Shown here: positions 18,785 through 28,016 of the stretch, piece by piece | Numbering within the stretch: the first letter of the stretch is position 1 | Layout of the letters: each line of letters opens with the position of its first letter | Source: Minisyncoccota bacterium | Lineage (GTDB): Bacteria > Patescibacteriota > Minisyncoccia > Phycocordibacterales > UBA9973 | NCBI GenBank assembly: GCA_017991915.1 | Contig: JAGOPQ010000001.1 | Location: 1 to 62,414, forward strand | Reading direction: 5' to 3' | Length of the DNA stretch: 62,414 nucleotides | The notes under the pieces: model-generated | Told to the model about the DNA's origin: nothing | The model's input: the letters and a program-made list of their open reading frames with translations, nothing else | Database searches by the model: none | Made by a program: the position numbers and the translations under genes

Positions 18785-20110
18785 ATGCACAAGACCAATT
18801 CGGCTGCTCCGAAGAAATTCGGGAGTCATACTGCTTCTAGCTCACGAGCTCCTGCCCGTTCTTTCGGTGCAAAGCCTCGTTTTGCAGGAAGTTCAAAACC
18901 CGCTAGACCATCTTATGGTGGCGGTAAATTTAATAACTCTCGACCCAAGTTTGGGGGCAATAGAAAGCGCTCTGGTGGTGGAAAATCACGCGGGGACCGC
19001 ATAGACGTTTCTCGTTTCGTAAAGCACGCAGTGCATGTAGAAGAGAAGCCGTATGTTTCTAAACACACTTTTATAGACTTTCCATTCAACGAACAACTAC
19101 ACAAGAATATCGCTCGTGCGGGGTATATTTCTCCTCGTCCGATTCAAGACCAATCTATACCATCAGTCATGGCCGGCAAGGACGTTTTCGGTATGGCCAA
19201 TACCGGTACTGGTAAGACTGCTGCCTTCCTACTTCCTTTAATTGAAAAGATTGCCAAGACCAAGGGTATGAAGAAGGGGGAGATGGTGCTGATCATGGCT
19301 CCAACTCGCGAACTAGCATTACAAATTGACGAAGAATTCAAGAAACTCGCTTTTGGTTTCGGCATGTTCTCTGCGCCATGTGTGGGTGGACTACCAATCA
19401 TGAAACAAATTCGAGAAATAAAAATGGGAGTGTCTTTCGTCATCGGTACTCCGGGTAGACTGCGCGACCTTATTGAAAAGAAAGTTTTAGATCTAGCTAC
19501 TTGCCACAGTGTGGTGCTAGATGAAGCAGACCGAATGCTCGACATGGGATTCCAAGACGATATGGTTTATATCCTAGGCAAGTGTGCAGCTGAACGACAA
19601 ACTCTTTTCTTCTCTGCAACTCTTTCACCTGAAATTAAAAAGCTTACTACTCAATATTTGAAGGATCCTGTATTTATTTCCGTTATCAACGGCGAGACTG
19701 CCAAGAATATTGACCAAGACGTGATTCGATTCCGAGGTAAAGAAGAACAGTTAACCAAACTCCATGAAGTTTTGAAAGCTGACGGATCTGATAAGGTTTT
19801 GATTTTCCGTGAGCGAAAGCACCATGTAGATGAACTAGAAAAAGATTTGCGACGCGCTGGCCTAAAAGCTGGAGCTATTCATGGCGACAAGCGAAGCCGA
19901 GAACGCATCAAGATCCTAGATATGTTCAAGAAAGATCAGATAAATATCCTCATCGCTACTGACGTGGCTGCTCGTGGACTAGATATTCCAGATGTTACTC
20001 ATGTTATCAACTTTGACGTTCCACAAACCTACGATACTTACGTGCACCGCATCGGCCGAACCGGCCGTGCTGGCAAAAAGGGAACAGCACTGACTTTTGT
20101 TCCTGCATAG
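18785..20110 (+). CDS. DEAD-box ATP-dependent RNA helicase with R/G/K-rich N-terminal extension
   Basis: Q motif, AxTGTGKT, DEAD (LDEADRM), SAT and HRIGRTGR motifs. Confidence 0.93.
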   Translation: MHKTNSAAPKKFGSHTASSSRAPARSFGAKPRFAGSSKPARPSYGGGKFNNSRPKFGGNRKRSGGGKSRGDRIDVSRFVKHAVHVEEKPYVSKHTFIDFPFNEQLHKNIARAGYISPRPIQDQSIPSVMAGKDVFGMANTGTGKTAAFLLPLIEKIAKTKGMKKGEMVLIMAPTRELALQIDEEFKKLAFGFGMFSAPCVGGLPIMKQIREIKMGVSFVIGTPGRLRDLIEKKVLDLATCHSVVLDEADRMLDMGFQDDMVYILGKCAAERQTLFFSATLSPEIKKLTTQYLKDPVFISVINGETAKNIDQDVIRFRGKEEQLTKLHEVLKADGSDKVLIFRERKHHVDELEKDLRRAGLKAGAIHGDKRSRERIKILDMFKKDQINILIATDVAARGLDIPDVTHVINFDVPQTYDTYVHRIGRTGRAGKKGTALTFVPA

Positions 20111-20131
20111 TTTTTTTGGTACAATGTGTTA

Positions 20132-20518
20132 ATGACAATATTAATATTTTTCGTGCTACTTTTTTCGGTGCTTGCTTTGGAGTTTATTTTTTCCAAAATT
20201 AAGATTAAAGGAAAATCGCATAAATCATATCATTTTACTTTTTCTAGGTATGTATTATATATGATGTTTTTGATTGTTTCAGTTGCTTTTATTACCTTTA
20301 AAGAGGGTACTCCACTTTTTATAACTATTTTAGTATTCTCTGTAATCGGACCATTTTTTGAATGGCTGGTAGGAATAAGTTACTCTAAAATTGTTGGGCG
20401 GAGATTGTGGACGTATCATCGTGGAACAATCCATGGTTATACTAGCTACCTAGCAATGCCACTTTGGGCATTTTGTGGTGCGATTTCTTGGATAATAATT
20501 AAATATTTAGTTGCATAA
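20132..20518 (+). CDS. Hypothetical small integral membrane protein
   Basis: Four hydrophobic helices. ATG 20132 lies 6 nt downstream of a TGGTACAAT extended -10. Confidence 0.55.
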   Translation: MTILIFFVLLFSVLALEFIFSKIKIKGKSHKSYHFTFSRYVLYMMFLIVSVAFITFKEGTPLFITILVFSVIGPFFEWLVGISYSKIVGRRLWTYHRGTIHGYTSYLAMPLWAFCGAISWIIIKYLVA

Positions 20519-20520
20519 CC

Positions 20521-20545
20521 AAAAATCCCCACGAAGGGGATTTTT
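20521..20545. terminator. Bidirectional intrinsic terminator between convergent genes
   Basis: AAAAATCCCC-ACGAA-GGGGATTTTT, flanked by an A-run and a T-run. Confidence 0.75.
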
Positions 20546-20567
20546 GGTTCTCTAATTCTTTTTAAAT

Positions 20568-20816
20568 TTATTTGGCTTTAATTAGTCCAGCTTTTAGGAG
20601 GGTAGCGTATACTCCGTTCTTCTTCATTGTACGCATACCAGAGGTTGAAACTTCAATGATTACAGTCTTACCAAGTTCAGGCACAAAAACACGCTTCTTT
20701 TGAAGATTTATGTTTTTTCGGACCTTTCCGGTTGGGTTGAATTTGGTCGCACGAGTTCTATTTGAATAGCCTCCGCCGACAATTGAACCTCCTTTTGTGA
20801 TTGCACATGTTTTCAT
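20568..20816 (-). CDS. rpmB: 50S ribosomal protein L28
   Basis: MKTCAITKG...NRTRATKFNP...NLQKKRV pattern of L28. The ATG at 20816 was chosen. Confidence 0.88.
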   Translation of the reverse strand: MKTCAITKGGSIVGGGYSNRTRATKFNPTGKVRKNINLQKKRVFVPELGKTVIIEVSTSGMRTMKKNGVYATLLKAGLIKAK

Positions 20817-20866
20817 TGGAGTTATGCTAACATAATATATAGACAAAGGCAAGAATTTGTATGAGT

Positions 20867-21140
20867 CCCGTACGAAATCCCATATGTTTTATACTTACAT
20901 ATTAAAAAGTAAAAAAGATGGTAAACTGTATACAGGATATACGAATAATTTACGGAAACGCTTTTCTGAACACAATTCTGGCAAGTCTACGTATACAAAA
21001 GGTAGGGGTCCATATGAGTTAATTTATTATGAAGCGTGTCTTGAGGAACAAGATGCGCGGTCGAGAGAAGTTTATTTTAAATCGGGGCGAGGTAAGCGTT
21101 TTATTAAATCACGCTTAAAGCGTTTCCTATTTCGTACGGG
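20867..21140 (+). mobile_element. Miniature cassette carrying a GIY-YIG nuclease gene, with 12-bp perfect terminal inverted repeats and a flanking 6-bp direct repeat
   Basis: CCCGTACGAAAT at 20867-20878 and ATTTCGTACGGG at 21129-21140. ATGAGT occurs at 20861-20866 and at 21141-21146. Confidence 0.6.
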
Positions 21141-21144
21141 ATGA
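20884..21144 (+). CDS. GIY-YIG nuclease family protein (UPF0213/YhbQ-like)
   Basis: FYTYIL...LYTGYTNNL..R..EHN motif. The stop TGA overlaps the ATG of the next gene. Confidence 0.88.
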   Translation: MFYTYILKSKKDGKLYTGYTNNLRKRFSEHNSGKSTYTKGRGPYELIYYEACLEEQDARSREVYFKSGRGKRFIKSRLKRFLFRTG

Positions 21145-21773
21145 GTGCAATAGATACAATTTTTTACCTGCTAATACTTTTGATGTCGGTGGTTATCCAC
21201 GAAGTGGCACACGGCTTTATGGCTGAGCAGTTTGGAGACGATACCGCTCGTGATGCTGGGCGTCTGACTTTGAATCCCATCAAGCACATTGACCCATTTG
21301 GTTCAATTATTTTGCCGGCGTTGCTATTTTTCTCTACCGCAGCCACTGGCCACCCATTTGTTTTTGGTTGGGCCAAGCCAGTGCCATACAATCCAAATAA
21401 TTTGAGTAATCGCAAGTGGGGGACTATCGCTGTAGCTGCGGCTGGAGTGTTGGCGAATATTTTTATTGCAGTTATCTTTGGCATATTGATTCGTTTGTCT
21501 GTGGGCTACCCGGTTTCAGATAGTTTTTATTTCGTAACTTCCACTATCGTGTTGGTGAACTTAGCTTTGGCTATATTCAACCTCGTGCCCATACCACCAC
21601 TTGATGGATCCAAGATTCTTTTCTCACTCTTGCCAGCTTCTTGGTACGAAGTCATGGATTTCATTGAGCGCTATGGTTTTGTTTTGTTGCTTGTATTTAT
21701 CTTTTATTTTTCTGACATTTTGTACCCAATTCTGGCTTATTCTTTTAGCCTGGTCACAGGACTTGCGTTTTAA
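21141..21773 (+). CDS. Site-2 protease family (peptidase M50) membrane metalloprotease
   Basis: HEVAHG zinc motif and NLVPIPPLDGSK motif. Confidence 0.88.
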   Translation: MSAIDTIFYLLILLMSVVIHEVAHGFMAEQFGDDTARDAGRLTLNPIKHIDPFGSIILPALLFFSTAATGHPFVFGWAKPVPYNPNNLSNRKWGTIAVAAAGVLANIFIAVIFGILIRLSVGYPVSDSFYFVTSTIVLVNLALAIFNLVPIPPLDGSKILFSLLPASWYEVMDFIERYGFVLLLVFIFYFSDILYPILAYSFSLVTGLAF

Positions 21774-21827
21774 CTTCATAAATAGTATATTATCGCCATA
21801 GCTCGATGGGGCTATTTTAGTTATTAG

Positions 21828-21854
21828 CGTCGCGCCGAACGGACTTACGCGACG
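21828..21854 (+). promoter_or_regulatory. GC-rich hairpin in the rpsL 5' leader
   Basis: CGTCGCG-13 nt loop-CGCGACG, 15 nt upstream of the rpsL ATG. Confidence 0.35.
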
Positions 21855-21869
21855 TGATTTGCAAAATCA

Positions 21870-22298
21870 ATGCCTACAATCAATCAATTAATAAAGAAAA
21901 ACCGAACCAAAGTCAGCCGAAAATCAAAGACGGTGGCTTTAGCGCGTGGATTCAATGTCCTAAAGAACCGACCAGTATTTTTCCCAGCTCCATTCAAGAG
22001 AGGAGTTTGCACAAAAGTTACAACCACTACCCCAAAGAAGCCTAACTCTGCGCTTCGAAAAATTGCCCGCGTAAGATTAACCAACGGAATGGAAGTAACT
22101 GCATATATCCCAGGAGAAGGACACAATCTACAAGAACACTCAGTGGTTATGCTACGAGGAGGACGCGTGAAGGACTTGATCGGAGTTCGATATCACATAG
22201 TTCGTGGAGTGCTCGATACTCAAGGAGTAGAGAAGCGCCGACAAGGACGATCATTATACGGTAACAAGAAGCCAAGAACAGATGCGAAGAAAAGTTAA
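21870..22298 (+). CDS. rpsL: 30S ribosomal protein S12
   Basis: PTINQLI...KKPNSALRK motif. Confidence 0.98.
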   Translation: MPTINQLIKKNRTKVSRKSKTVALARGFNVLKNRPVFFPAPFKRGVCTKVTTTTPKKPNSALRKIARVRLTNGMEVTAYIPGEGHNLQEHSVVMLRGGRVKDLIGVRYHIVRGVLDTQGVEKRRQGRSLYGNKKPRTDAKKS

Positions 22299-22752
22299 AA
22301 ACAGAAATATAGTAAAGCCAGATTTCGTCTACAACTCTGAAAAGTTGGAGAAGTTTATCAATTACATCATGTGGTCTGGAAAGAAGGAGACTGCTCGCAA
22401 GGTCATGTATAAGGCTTTTGACGTTGTAAAAGAAAAGACTGGCAACCCAAATCCTCTAGAAATTTTTGACCTAGCTATGAAAAACGCTGGTCCTTTGACC
22501 GAAGTTCGCTCCAAGCGTATCGGAGGTGCAAACTATCAGGTTCCTCGTGAAGTTCGCCCTGAACGCAGACTAGCATTAGCTATGCGCTGGATCCGTGATG
22601 CGGCACGTGCCAAGAAGGGACAAGAAATGCATTTGAAACTCGCTGATGAATTAATAGCTGCTTCCAAGAATGAAGGAAGTGCTATCAAGAAGAAAGACGA
22701 TACTCACAAAATGGCAGAGGCAAACAAAGCCTTCGCTCACTTTGCTTGGTAA
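22282..22752 (+). CDS. rpsG: 30S ribosomal protein S7
   Basis: Typical S7 sequence; overlaps the rpsL end by 17 nt. Confidence 0.97.
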   Translation: MRRKVKNRNIVKPDFVYNSEKLEKFINYIMWSGKKETARKVMYKAFDVVKEKTGNPNPLEIFDLAMKNAGPLTEVRSKRIGGANYQVPREVRPERRLALAMRWIRDAARAKKGQEMHLKLADELIAASKNEGSAIKKKDDTHKMAEANKAFAHFAW

Positions 22753-22815
22753 TATTTCTCTCTTTGTAGTCGCGAGGCTTTAATGGGTTTTTAATTTATA
22801 AAATAATAAATATTT

Positions 22816-24963
22816 ATGGAAAGAGACTATCCTTTAGAAAAAGTTCGAAACATTGGAATTATTGCGCACATCGATGCTGGTAAAACTACCACCACTGAAC
22901 GTGTGCTTTTTTATACTGGAGTATCCCACAAGATCGGTGAAGTGCACGATGGAGAAACCACTACCGACTGGATGGAGCAAGAACGAGAACGCGGAATCAC
23001 TATTACTTCTGCGGCAGTTACTTGTTTCTGGACTCCGACTTACGACCTTAAAAACAAAGCTTTAAAACACCGCTTTAACATCATCGATACCCCTGGACAC
23101 ATCGACTTTACCGTAGAGGTGAAGCGTTCTCTTCGCGTACTCGACGGTGCAGTGGTGGTATTTGACGGTGTGGCTGGAGTAGAACCACAATCCGAAACAA
23201 ACTGGAGATACGCCGACGAAGCAAAGGTGCCTCGCGTATGTTTCATCAACAAGCTAGACCGAACTGGTGCATCTTTTGAGCACTCCTTCGCAACAATCCT
23301 AGACAGACTAAACAAGAGTGCAGTGAGAATGCAAATTCCTATTGGCCTTGAAGAAAACTTTGAAGGAGTAGTAGATGTTTTGAAAATGAAGGCTTACTAC
23401 TTTGAAGGTGAGATGGGTAACACTGTTTTAGAAAAAGAAATTCCTGAAAATATGTTGGCTGATGCGCAAAAATATCACGGCATGCTTATCGAAAAGATTG
23501 TCGAGACTGATGATGTCATGATGACTGAATACTTGGATGGAGTAATTCCAAACGTTGATTCACTAAAGAAAGCTCTACGTAAAGCAGTTATTGCAAACCA
23601 AATCTTTCCAGTCTTTGCTGGTTCAGCATTGAAAAACAAAGGTGTACAGCTAGTACTCGACGCGGTGGTTGATTATCTTCCATCTCCATTAGACATCCCA
23701 CCTATCCCTGGAGTAAATCCTGATACAGATGAAGTTATGGTTCGTCATGCTGACGACAAGGAGCCTTTCTCTGCACTTGCTTTCAAGGTGGCTACTGACC
23801 CATTCGTAGGACAGATTATTTTCTTCCGTGTTTATTCTGGAAGTTTGACTGCTGGAAGTTATATTTACAATCCTCGAACTCGAAACAAAGAAAGAATCGG
23901 ACGTATCTTGCGTATGCATGCGAACGACCGAGAAGAAGTGAAGCAAGTTTATGCTGGAGAAATTGCTGCAGCGGTGGGACTAAAAGACACCATCACTTCA
24001 GATACTATCTGCGATGAAAATAGTCCAATAGAATTAAACCGAATCGTTTTCCCTGAACCTGTTATCAACCTTCGAATAGAACCAAAGACCAAAGCTGACC
24101 AAGAAAAAATGGGTATGGCTTTGAACAGACTTGCTCAAGAAGACCCTACTTTCAAAGTTACTACTGACCAAGAAACTGGCGAGACTATCATCGCTGGAAT
24201 GGGAGAGCTACACCTTGAAATCATCGTGGATCGTATGAAGCGAGAGTTCGCAGTGGAAGCTAACGTTGGTAAACCACAAGTGGCTTACCGAGAAACTATC
24301 AATGGTAACTCTGATGCAGAAGGTAAGTACATCAAGCAGTCTGGAGGACGCGGAAACTACGGTCACGTGAAGATCAAGGTCAAGCCGATGGCAATGTTGA
24401 CCAAAGAAGAAGTGGAAGACCTACCAAGGAATACCAAGCGCTCTGAAGGATTTGAATTCATCAACAGCATCAAAGGAGGTGTCATTCCTCAAGAATACAT
24501 CGCTCCTTGTGAAAAAGGATTCAAGGAAGGTTTGGATCGCGGAATTTTGGCTGGATTCAAGATGGTGAATGTTTCTGTAGAACTCTGGGACGGAAGTTAC
24601 CACGAAGTGGACTCAAACGAAATGGCTTTCAAGATCGCAGCTTCTATGGCTATCCAAGATGCATGTAAGCGTGCAAACCCTGTCATCCTAGAACCGATGA
24701 TGAAGGTGGAAGTAGTTACTCCTGAGAAATTCATGGGAGACGTTACTGGAAACTTGTCATCCAAGCGTGGACTTATCGAAGGCATGGAAGATGTGGGTAT
24801 GAACAAAGTTTTGAAAGCTATCGTGCCTCTATCTGAAATGTTCGGATACATGACCGGTCTACGTTCTATGACTGAAGGCCGTGCGTCATTCACAATGGAA
24901 TTCCTAAGATACGATATAGTGCCAAACAACGTAGCGGAAACTATCATCGCGGCAAGAAAATAA
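22816..24963 (+). CDS. fusA: Elongation factor G
   Basis: [18 protein letters not shown]1 motif, DTPGH; 715 aa. Confidence 0.98.
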   Translation: MERDYPLEKVRNIGIIAHIDAGKTTTTERVLFYTGVSHKIGEVHDGETTTDWMEQERERGITITSAAVTCFWTPTYDLKNKALKHRFNIIDTPGHIDFTVEVKRSLRVLDGAVVVFDGVAGVEPQSETNWRYADEAKVPRVCFINKLDRTGASFEHSFATILDRLNKSAVRMQIPIGLEENFEGVVDVLKMKAYYFEGEMGNTVLEKEIPENMLADAQKYHGMLIEKIVETDDVMMTEYLDGVIPNVDSLKKALRKAVIANQIFPVFAGSALKNKGVQLVLDAVVDYLPSPLDIPPIPGVNPDTDEVMVRHADDKEPFSALAFKVATDPFVGQIIFFRVYSGSLTAGSYIYNPRTRNKERIGRILRMHANDREEVKQVYAGEIAAAVGLKDTITSDTICDENSPIELNRIVFPEPVINLRIEPKTKADQEKMGMALNRLAQEDPTFKVTTDQETGETIIAGMGELHLEIIVDRMKREFAVEANVGKPQVAYRETINGNSDAEGKYIKQSGGRGNYGHVKIKVKPMAMLTKEEVEDLPRNTKRSEGFEFINSIKGGVIPQEYIAPCEKGFKEGLDRGILAGFKMVNVSVELWDGSYHEVDSNEMAFKIAASMAIQDACKRANPVILEPMMKVEVVTPEKFMGDVTGNLSSKRGLIEGMEDVGMNKVLKAIVPLSEMFGYMTGLRSMTEGRASFTMEFLRYDIVPNNVAETIIAARK

Positions 24964-24985
24964 AACCAATACATAAGACACAAAA

Positions 24986-25007
24986 AGCCCTAGAAATAGG
25001 GTTTTTT
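24986..25007 (+). terminator. Intrinsic terminator after fusA
   Basis: CCCTA-GAAA-TAGGG hairpin followed by T6. Confidence 0.7.
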
Positions 25008-25024
25008 GCTGTGTATGGAAGCTA

Positions 25025-25053
25025 TTGACTTTTGTCCTTAAAAGTGCTATTAT
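25025..25053 (+). promoter_or_regulatory. Sigma-70-type promoter driving islet 1 (TTGACT-17-TATTAT with TGC extension)
   Basis: TTGACT 25025-25030 and TATTAT 25048-25053. Confidence 0.6.
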
Positions 25054-25104
25054 ATATAGATATAGTCCGATGGCAATTCCGCCATCCATACAAGGAGATT
25101 TGCC

Positions 25105-25374
25105 GTGTTTTATACGATGATGAAGGCCGAAGTACACGTTCACCAATTCCGCGGGGTGACTGATCTCGGGTTCATGCACAAAGTCCTTCAGGCGGTCGCG
25201 GACTGCCAGAAGGTGAGCCAAAGGAGTGTTCGGATCGTTGAGGTCCCGGCCCTCCCCAATCAGTCGAACTTCGATGTTGAAGTCGACGTGTATGCGGCTG
25301 ATATTTACGGAGAAATGCCGCAATTCAAGGCACTCGAAGTCTTGTTTGCCAAGACTGCCGACGAAATTATCTAG
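25105..25374 (+). CDS. Hypothetical protein, islet 1 (89 aa)
   Basis: GTG start with AAGGAG (25092-25097) 7 nt upstream; G/C-ending codons. No family recognised. Confidence 0.55.
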   Translation: MFYTMMKAEVHVHQFRGVTDLGFMHKVLQAVADCQKVSQRSVRIVEVPALPNQSNFDVEVDVYAADIYGEMPQFKALEVLFAKTADEII

Positions 25375-25568
25375 CGTCGGAGCATATCGGGCTGATGGCA
25401 ATTCCGCCGTCAGCCCATCGAAACCTTAACAAGGAGGATGAAAATCTTACTAGTTAGGGTTTTTATCGTTTTAGGCCAAACTAAAAAACACCAACGGCGA
25501 TGTTGCTGTTGATGCTTTGGTTCTTGCCCGACCCGCGTGTGCGGCAATCGGGGCTTGCGATGTGGCCA

Positions 25569-25832
25569 CTACCAGTAGCGGCGGCTAGCTCTTGAGGAGG
25601 CGAAGAGTTCCTCCGAACGAGCCTCGGACGCCCTGATGGCATCCAGAGCTTTCTGGCGGAGTACTTCAGACTCCTTCGAGCGACGAGCTAGAAGTTCATG
25701 CACTGTGATGCCGAGAGCTTCGGCTGCGCGTGCGTTTTCTTCTCGGCGAGTAAGCTTGTGATCACGCTTCTTCTTGCTTGCCCGTACTTGGTTGGGCGTG
25801 GACATGTGAGCTTTGTTCTGAGCATGCCTCAT
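25569..25832 (-). CDS. Hypothetical basic protein, islet 1 (87 aa; possible HTH ...AAEALGITVHELLARR...)
   Basis: ATG 25832 with GGAG 10 nt upstream; a GTG at 25862 is an alternative. GC3-skewed. Confidence 0.5.
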   Translation of the reverse strand: MRHAQNKAHMSTPNQVRASKKKRDHKLTRREENARAAEALGITVHELLARRSKESEVLRQKALDAIRASEARSEELFASSRASRRYW

Positions 25833-25846
25833 GAGCAGTACTCCGG

Positions 25847-26155
25847 TTAGAGAGGGTGCCACGGGAACGGAACATCACCAAGTGCATCTTCCACGTCGCG
25901 AGTGAGGCGTTCCTGCCGTTCTTCCTCGAGGCGTTCGAGGCGACGTTCCTCACGATCGATGTCGGCCTTGCGCTTTTCGGCAAAGGCGAGACGTTCTCCT
26001 CGACTGCGCTTGTTGATCTTGATGACCTTCTCGCAGGGCACTCCCAGCCCGTCGGCCTTGGTGGCGATAGTGATCCTCTTGACCATATCGGCCTTTTGGC
26101 GTTGGAGGGCAATCATCTGGTGATTCTTCACGGTGACCTCGTTGTTGGGGTACAC
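25847..26155 (-). CDS. Hypothetical charged/coiled-coil protein, islet 1 (102 aa)
   Basis: GTG 26155. Strong G/C bias at codon position 3 in this frame only; the other overlapping frames look like antisense artefacts. Confidence 0.55.
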   Translation of the reverse strand: MYPNNEVTVKNHQMIALQRQKADMVKRITIATKADGLGVPCEKVIKINKRSRGERLAFAEKRKADIDREERRLERLEEERQERLTRDVEDALGDVPFPWHPL

Positions 26156-26191
26156 TACTTTCGTAGATTAGACTATCACTAGTTTGTATAT

Positions 26192-26219
26192 TTGACAATG
26201 TTTTAAAATCTGCTAACAT
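26192..26219 (+). promoter_or_regulatory. Promoter restarting tuf (TTGACA-16-TAACAT, TGC extension)
   Basis: TTGACA 26192-26197 and TAACAT 26214-26219. A hairpin plus T-run at 26226-26246 starts at the predicted +1. Confidence 0.55.
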
Positions 26220-26371
26220 AGTAGCAACTGCACTTTTGCGGTTTTTCTATTGCTAATTTTTCAAAAAAGCTAGTAAATAGACCTTTATTAAGTTATTAAT
26301 ATCGTTAGTAATTAAGCCTTAGCGACTGGTTCTCGTACGTTAAGTTTTAACTATTAGCACAATATAATTAT

Positions 26372-27565
26372 ATGGCAGAAGAATTTAAGAGAGATAAGCC
26401 GCACGTTAACGTCGGCACCATCGGTCACGTTGACCATGGAAAAACTACATTAACAGCAGCTATCCTCCATGTGTTAAACATGGCTGGAAAGACAGTTCGT
26501 CTAAAGGATGTTAGTCAAATCGACAACGCTCCTGAAGAAAAGGCTCGTGGTATTACTATCAACATCTCCCACAACGAGTACGCTACTGACGCTCGTCACT
26601 ACGCACACATCGACGCTCCAGGACACGCTGACTACATCAAGAACATGATTACTGGTGCCGCTCAAATGGACGGTGCTATTCTGGTGGTTGCCGCTACTGA
26701 CGGTGCGATGCCACAAACTCGTGAGCACGTTTTGCTTGCGAAGCAAGTTGGTGTTCCAAAGATCATCGTTTTCCTAAACAAATGCGACATGGTTGATGAT
26801 AAAGACATGATCGACCTAGTTGAAGAAGAAATCCGTGAATTGCTTACAAAACAAGGCTTTGATGGCGCTGGCGCTCCGGTTATCCGTGGTTCAGCTCTTA
26901 AAGCTCTTGAATCAGCTTCAGCCGACGACGAGTGGGCAAAGAAGGTTCTTGAACTTACCAACGCGCTTGATACCTATATTCCTGTCCCAGAACGAGATAT
27001 TACAAAACCTTTCCTTATGCCTGTTGAAGACATATTCTCTATCGAAGGCCGTGGAACAGTTGTAACAGGAAAGATTGAAAGAGGAGTAGTAAAGGTAGGA
27101 GAAGAAATTGAAATCGTTGGAATCAAGGCTACTCAAAAGTCTACAGTTACTGGTATTGAAATGTTCAACAAGAACCTTCAAGAAGGTATGGCTGGAGACA
27201 ACGCTGGAATTCTTCTACGAGGTCTTAAGAAAGAAGACATCACTCGTGGTCAAGTTCTATGTAAGCCAGGAACAACTACTCCACACGACAATTTCACAGC
27301 TGAAATCTATGTTTTGAAGAAGGAAGAAGGTGGACGTCACACTCCATTCTTCAAGGGTTACAAGCCTCAATTCTACATCCGAACTACGGACGTGACTGGA
27401 GATGTTACTCTTGCTGAAGGTACTGAGATGGTTATGCCAGGAGACACAACCAAGATTACTGTTAAACTGGTCACCCCAGTAGCGCTTGAGGAGTCTCAGA
27501 AGTTCGCTATTCGTGAAGGAGGCAAGACTGTCGGCGCCGGAGTTGTTACTAAGATCCTAGGCTAA
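26372..27565 (+). CDS. tuf: Elongation factor Tu
   Basis: [18 protein letters not shown] and NKCD motifs; 397 aa. Confidence 0.99.
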   Translation: MAEEFKRDKPHVNVGTIGHVDHGKTTLTAAILHVLNMAGKTVRLKDVSQIDNAPEEKARGITINISHNEYATDARHYAHIDAPGHADYIKNMITGAAQMDGAILVVAATDGAMPQTREHVLLAKQVGVPKIIVFLNKCDMVDDKDMIDLVEEEIRELLTKQGFDGAGAPVIRGSALKALESASADDEWAKKVLELTNALDTYIPVPERDITKPFLMPVEDIFSIEGRGTVVTGKIERGVVKVGEEIEIVGIKATQKSTVTGIEMFNKNLQEGMAGDNAGILLRGLKKEDITRGQVLCKPGTTTPHDNFTAEIYVLKKEEGGRHTPFFKGYKPQFYIRTTDVTGDVTLAEGTEMVMPGDTTKITVKLVTPVALEESQKFAIREGGKTVGAGVVTKILG

Positions 27566-27619
27566 AACAAAAAAGTATCAGTTAATTTGCTCATTTTCAA
27601 CTAGTTATATCGTAATCCC

Positions 27620-28006
27620 ATGGTAACCAAAGAAACCAAAGAAATAAAGACGAAGAAAGCGACATCAGCAAAGAAGGTTGCTAAAGAGAAGCAGGATGGA
27701 AAAGTAGTCCTACGTATTCGAGTTCGCGCTTACGAGAGCAAGATTTTGGATGCGTCTGTCAAACAAATCATCGATACTGCAATACGATATGATGCTGAAG
27801 TTGTTGGGCCAGTTCCACTACCAACAGAGATAAAGAAATACACGGTAAACCGCGCTTCTTTCATCTACAAAAATACACGAGAACAATTTGAAATCAGAGT
27901 GCACAAGAGATTGATAGATATTATCAATCCAAATGCTAAAACGGTTGAATCGCTTACTAACTTATCCCTTCCTTCTGGCGTCGATATTGACGTGAAGATG
28001 CTGTAA
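27620..28006 (+). CDS. rpsJ: 30S ribosomal protein S10 (with Lys-rich N-terminal extension)
   Basis: RIRVRAYESKILD...GPVPLPT core. Confidence 0.95.
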   Translation: MVTKETKEIKTKKATSAKKVAKEKQDGKVVLRIRVRAYESKILDASVKQIIDTAIRYDAEVVGPVPLPTEIKKYTVNRASFIYKNTREQFEIRVHKRLIDIINPNAKTVESLTNLSLPSGVDIDVKML

Positions 28007-28016
28007 TTAAAACGCC

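Larger units (their letters stand above)
25009..26191. other. GC-rich foreign-looking gene cassette (islet 1) between fusA and tuf
   Basis: Abrupt compositional shift, GC3-skewed small ORFs, canonical SD sites, its own entry promoter, and an exit promoter for tuf. Confidence 0.7.

Noticed and set aside
25762-26219. Stack of long overlapping ORFs in several frames on both strands of islet 1 (25856-26182 +, 25902-26123 +, 25950-26219 -, 25762-26112 -)
   Set aside because: GC-rich DNA is poor in stop codons, so many frames stay open. Only the 26155-25847 minus frame shows a strong G/C third-position bias and a protein-like charged sequence. The others have antisense-type (Leu/Arg/Ser-rich) composition.
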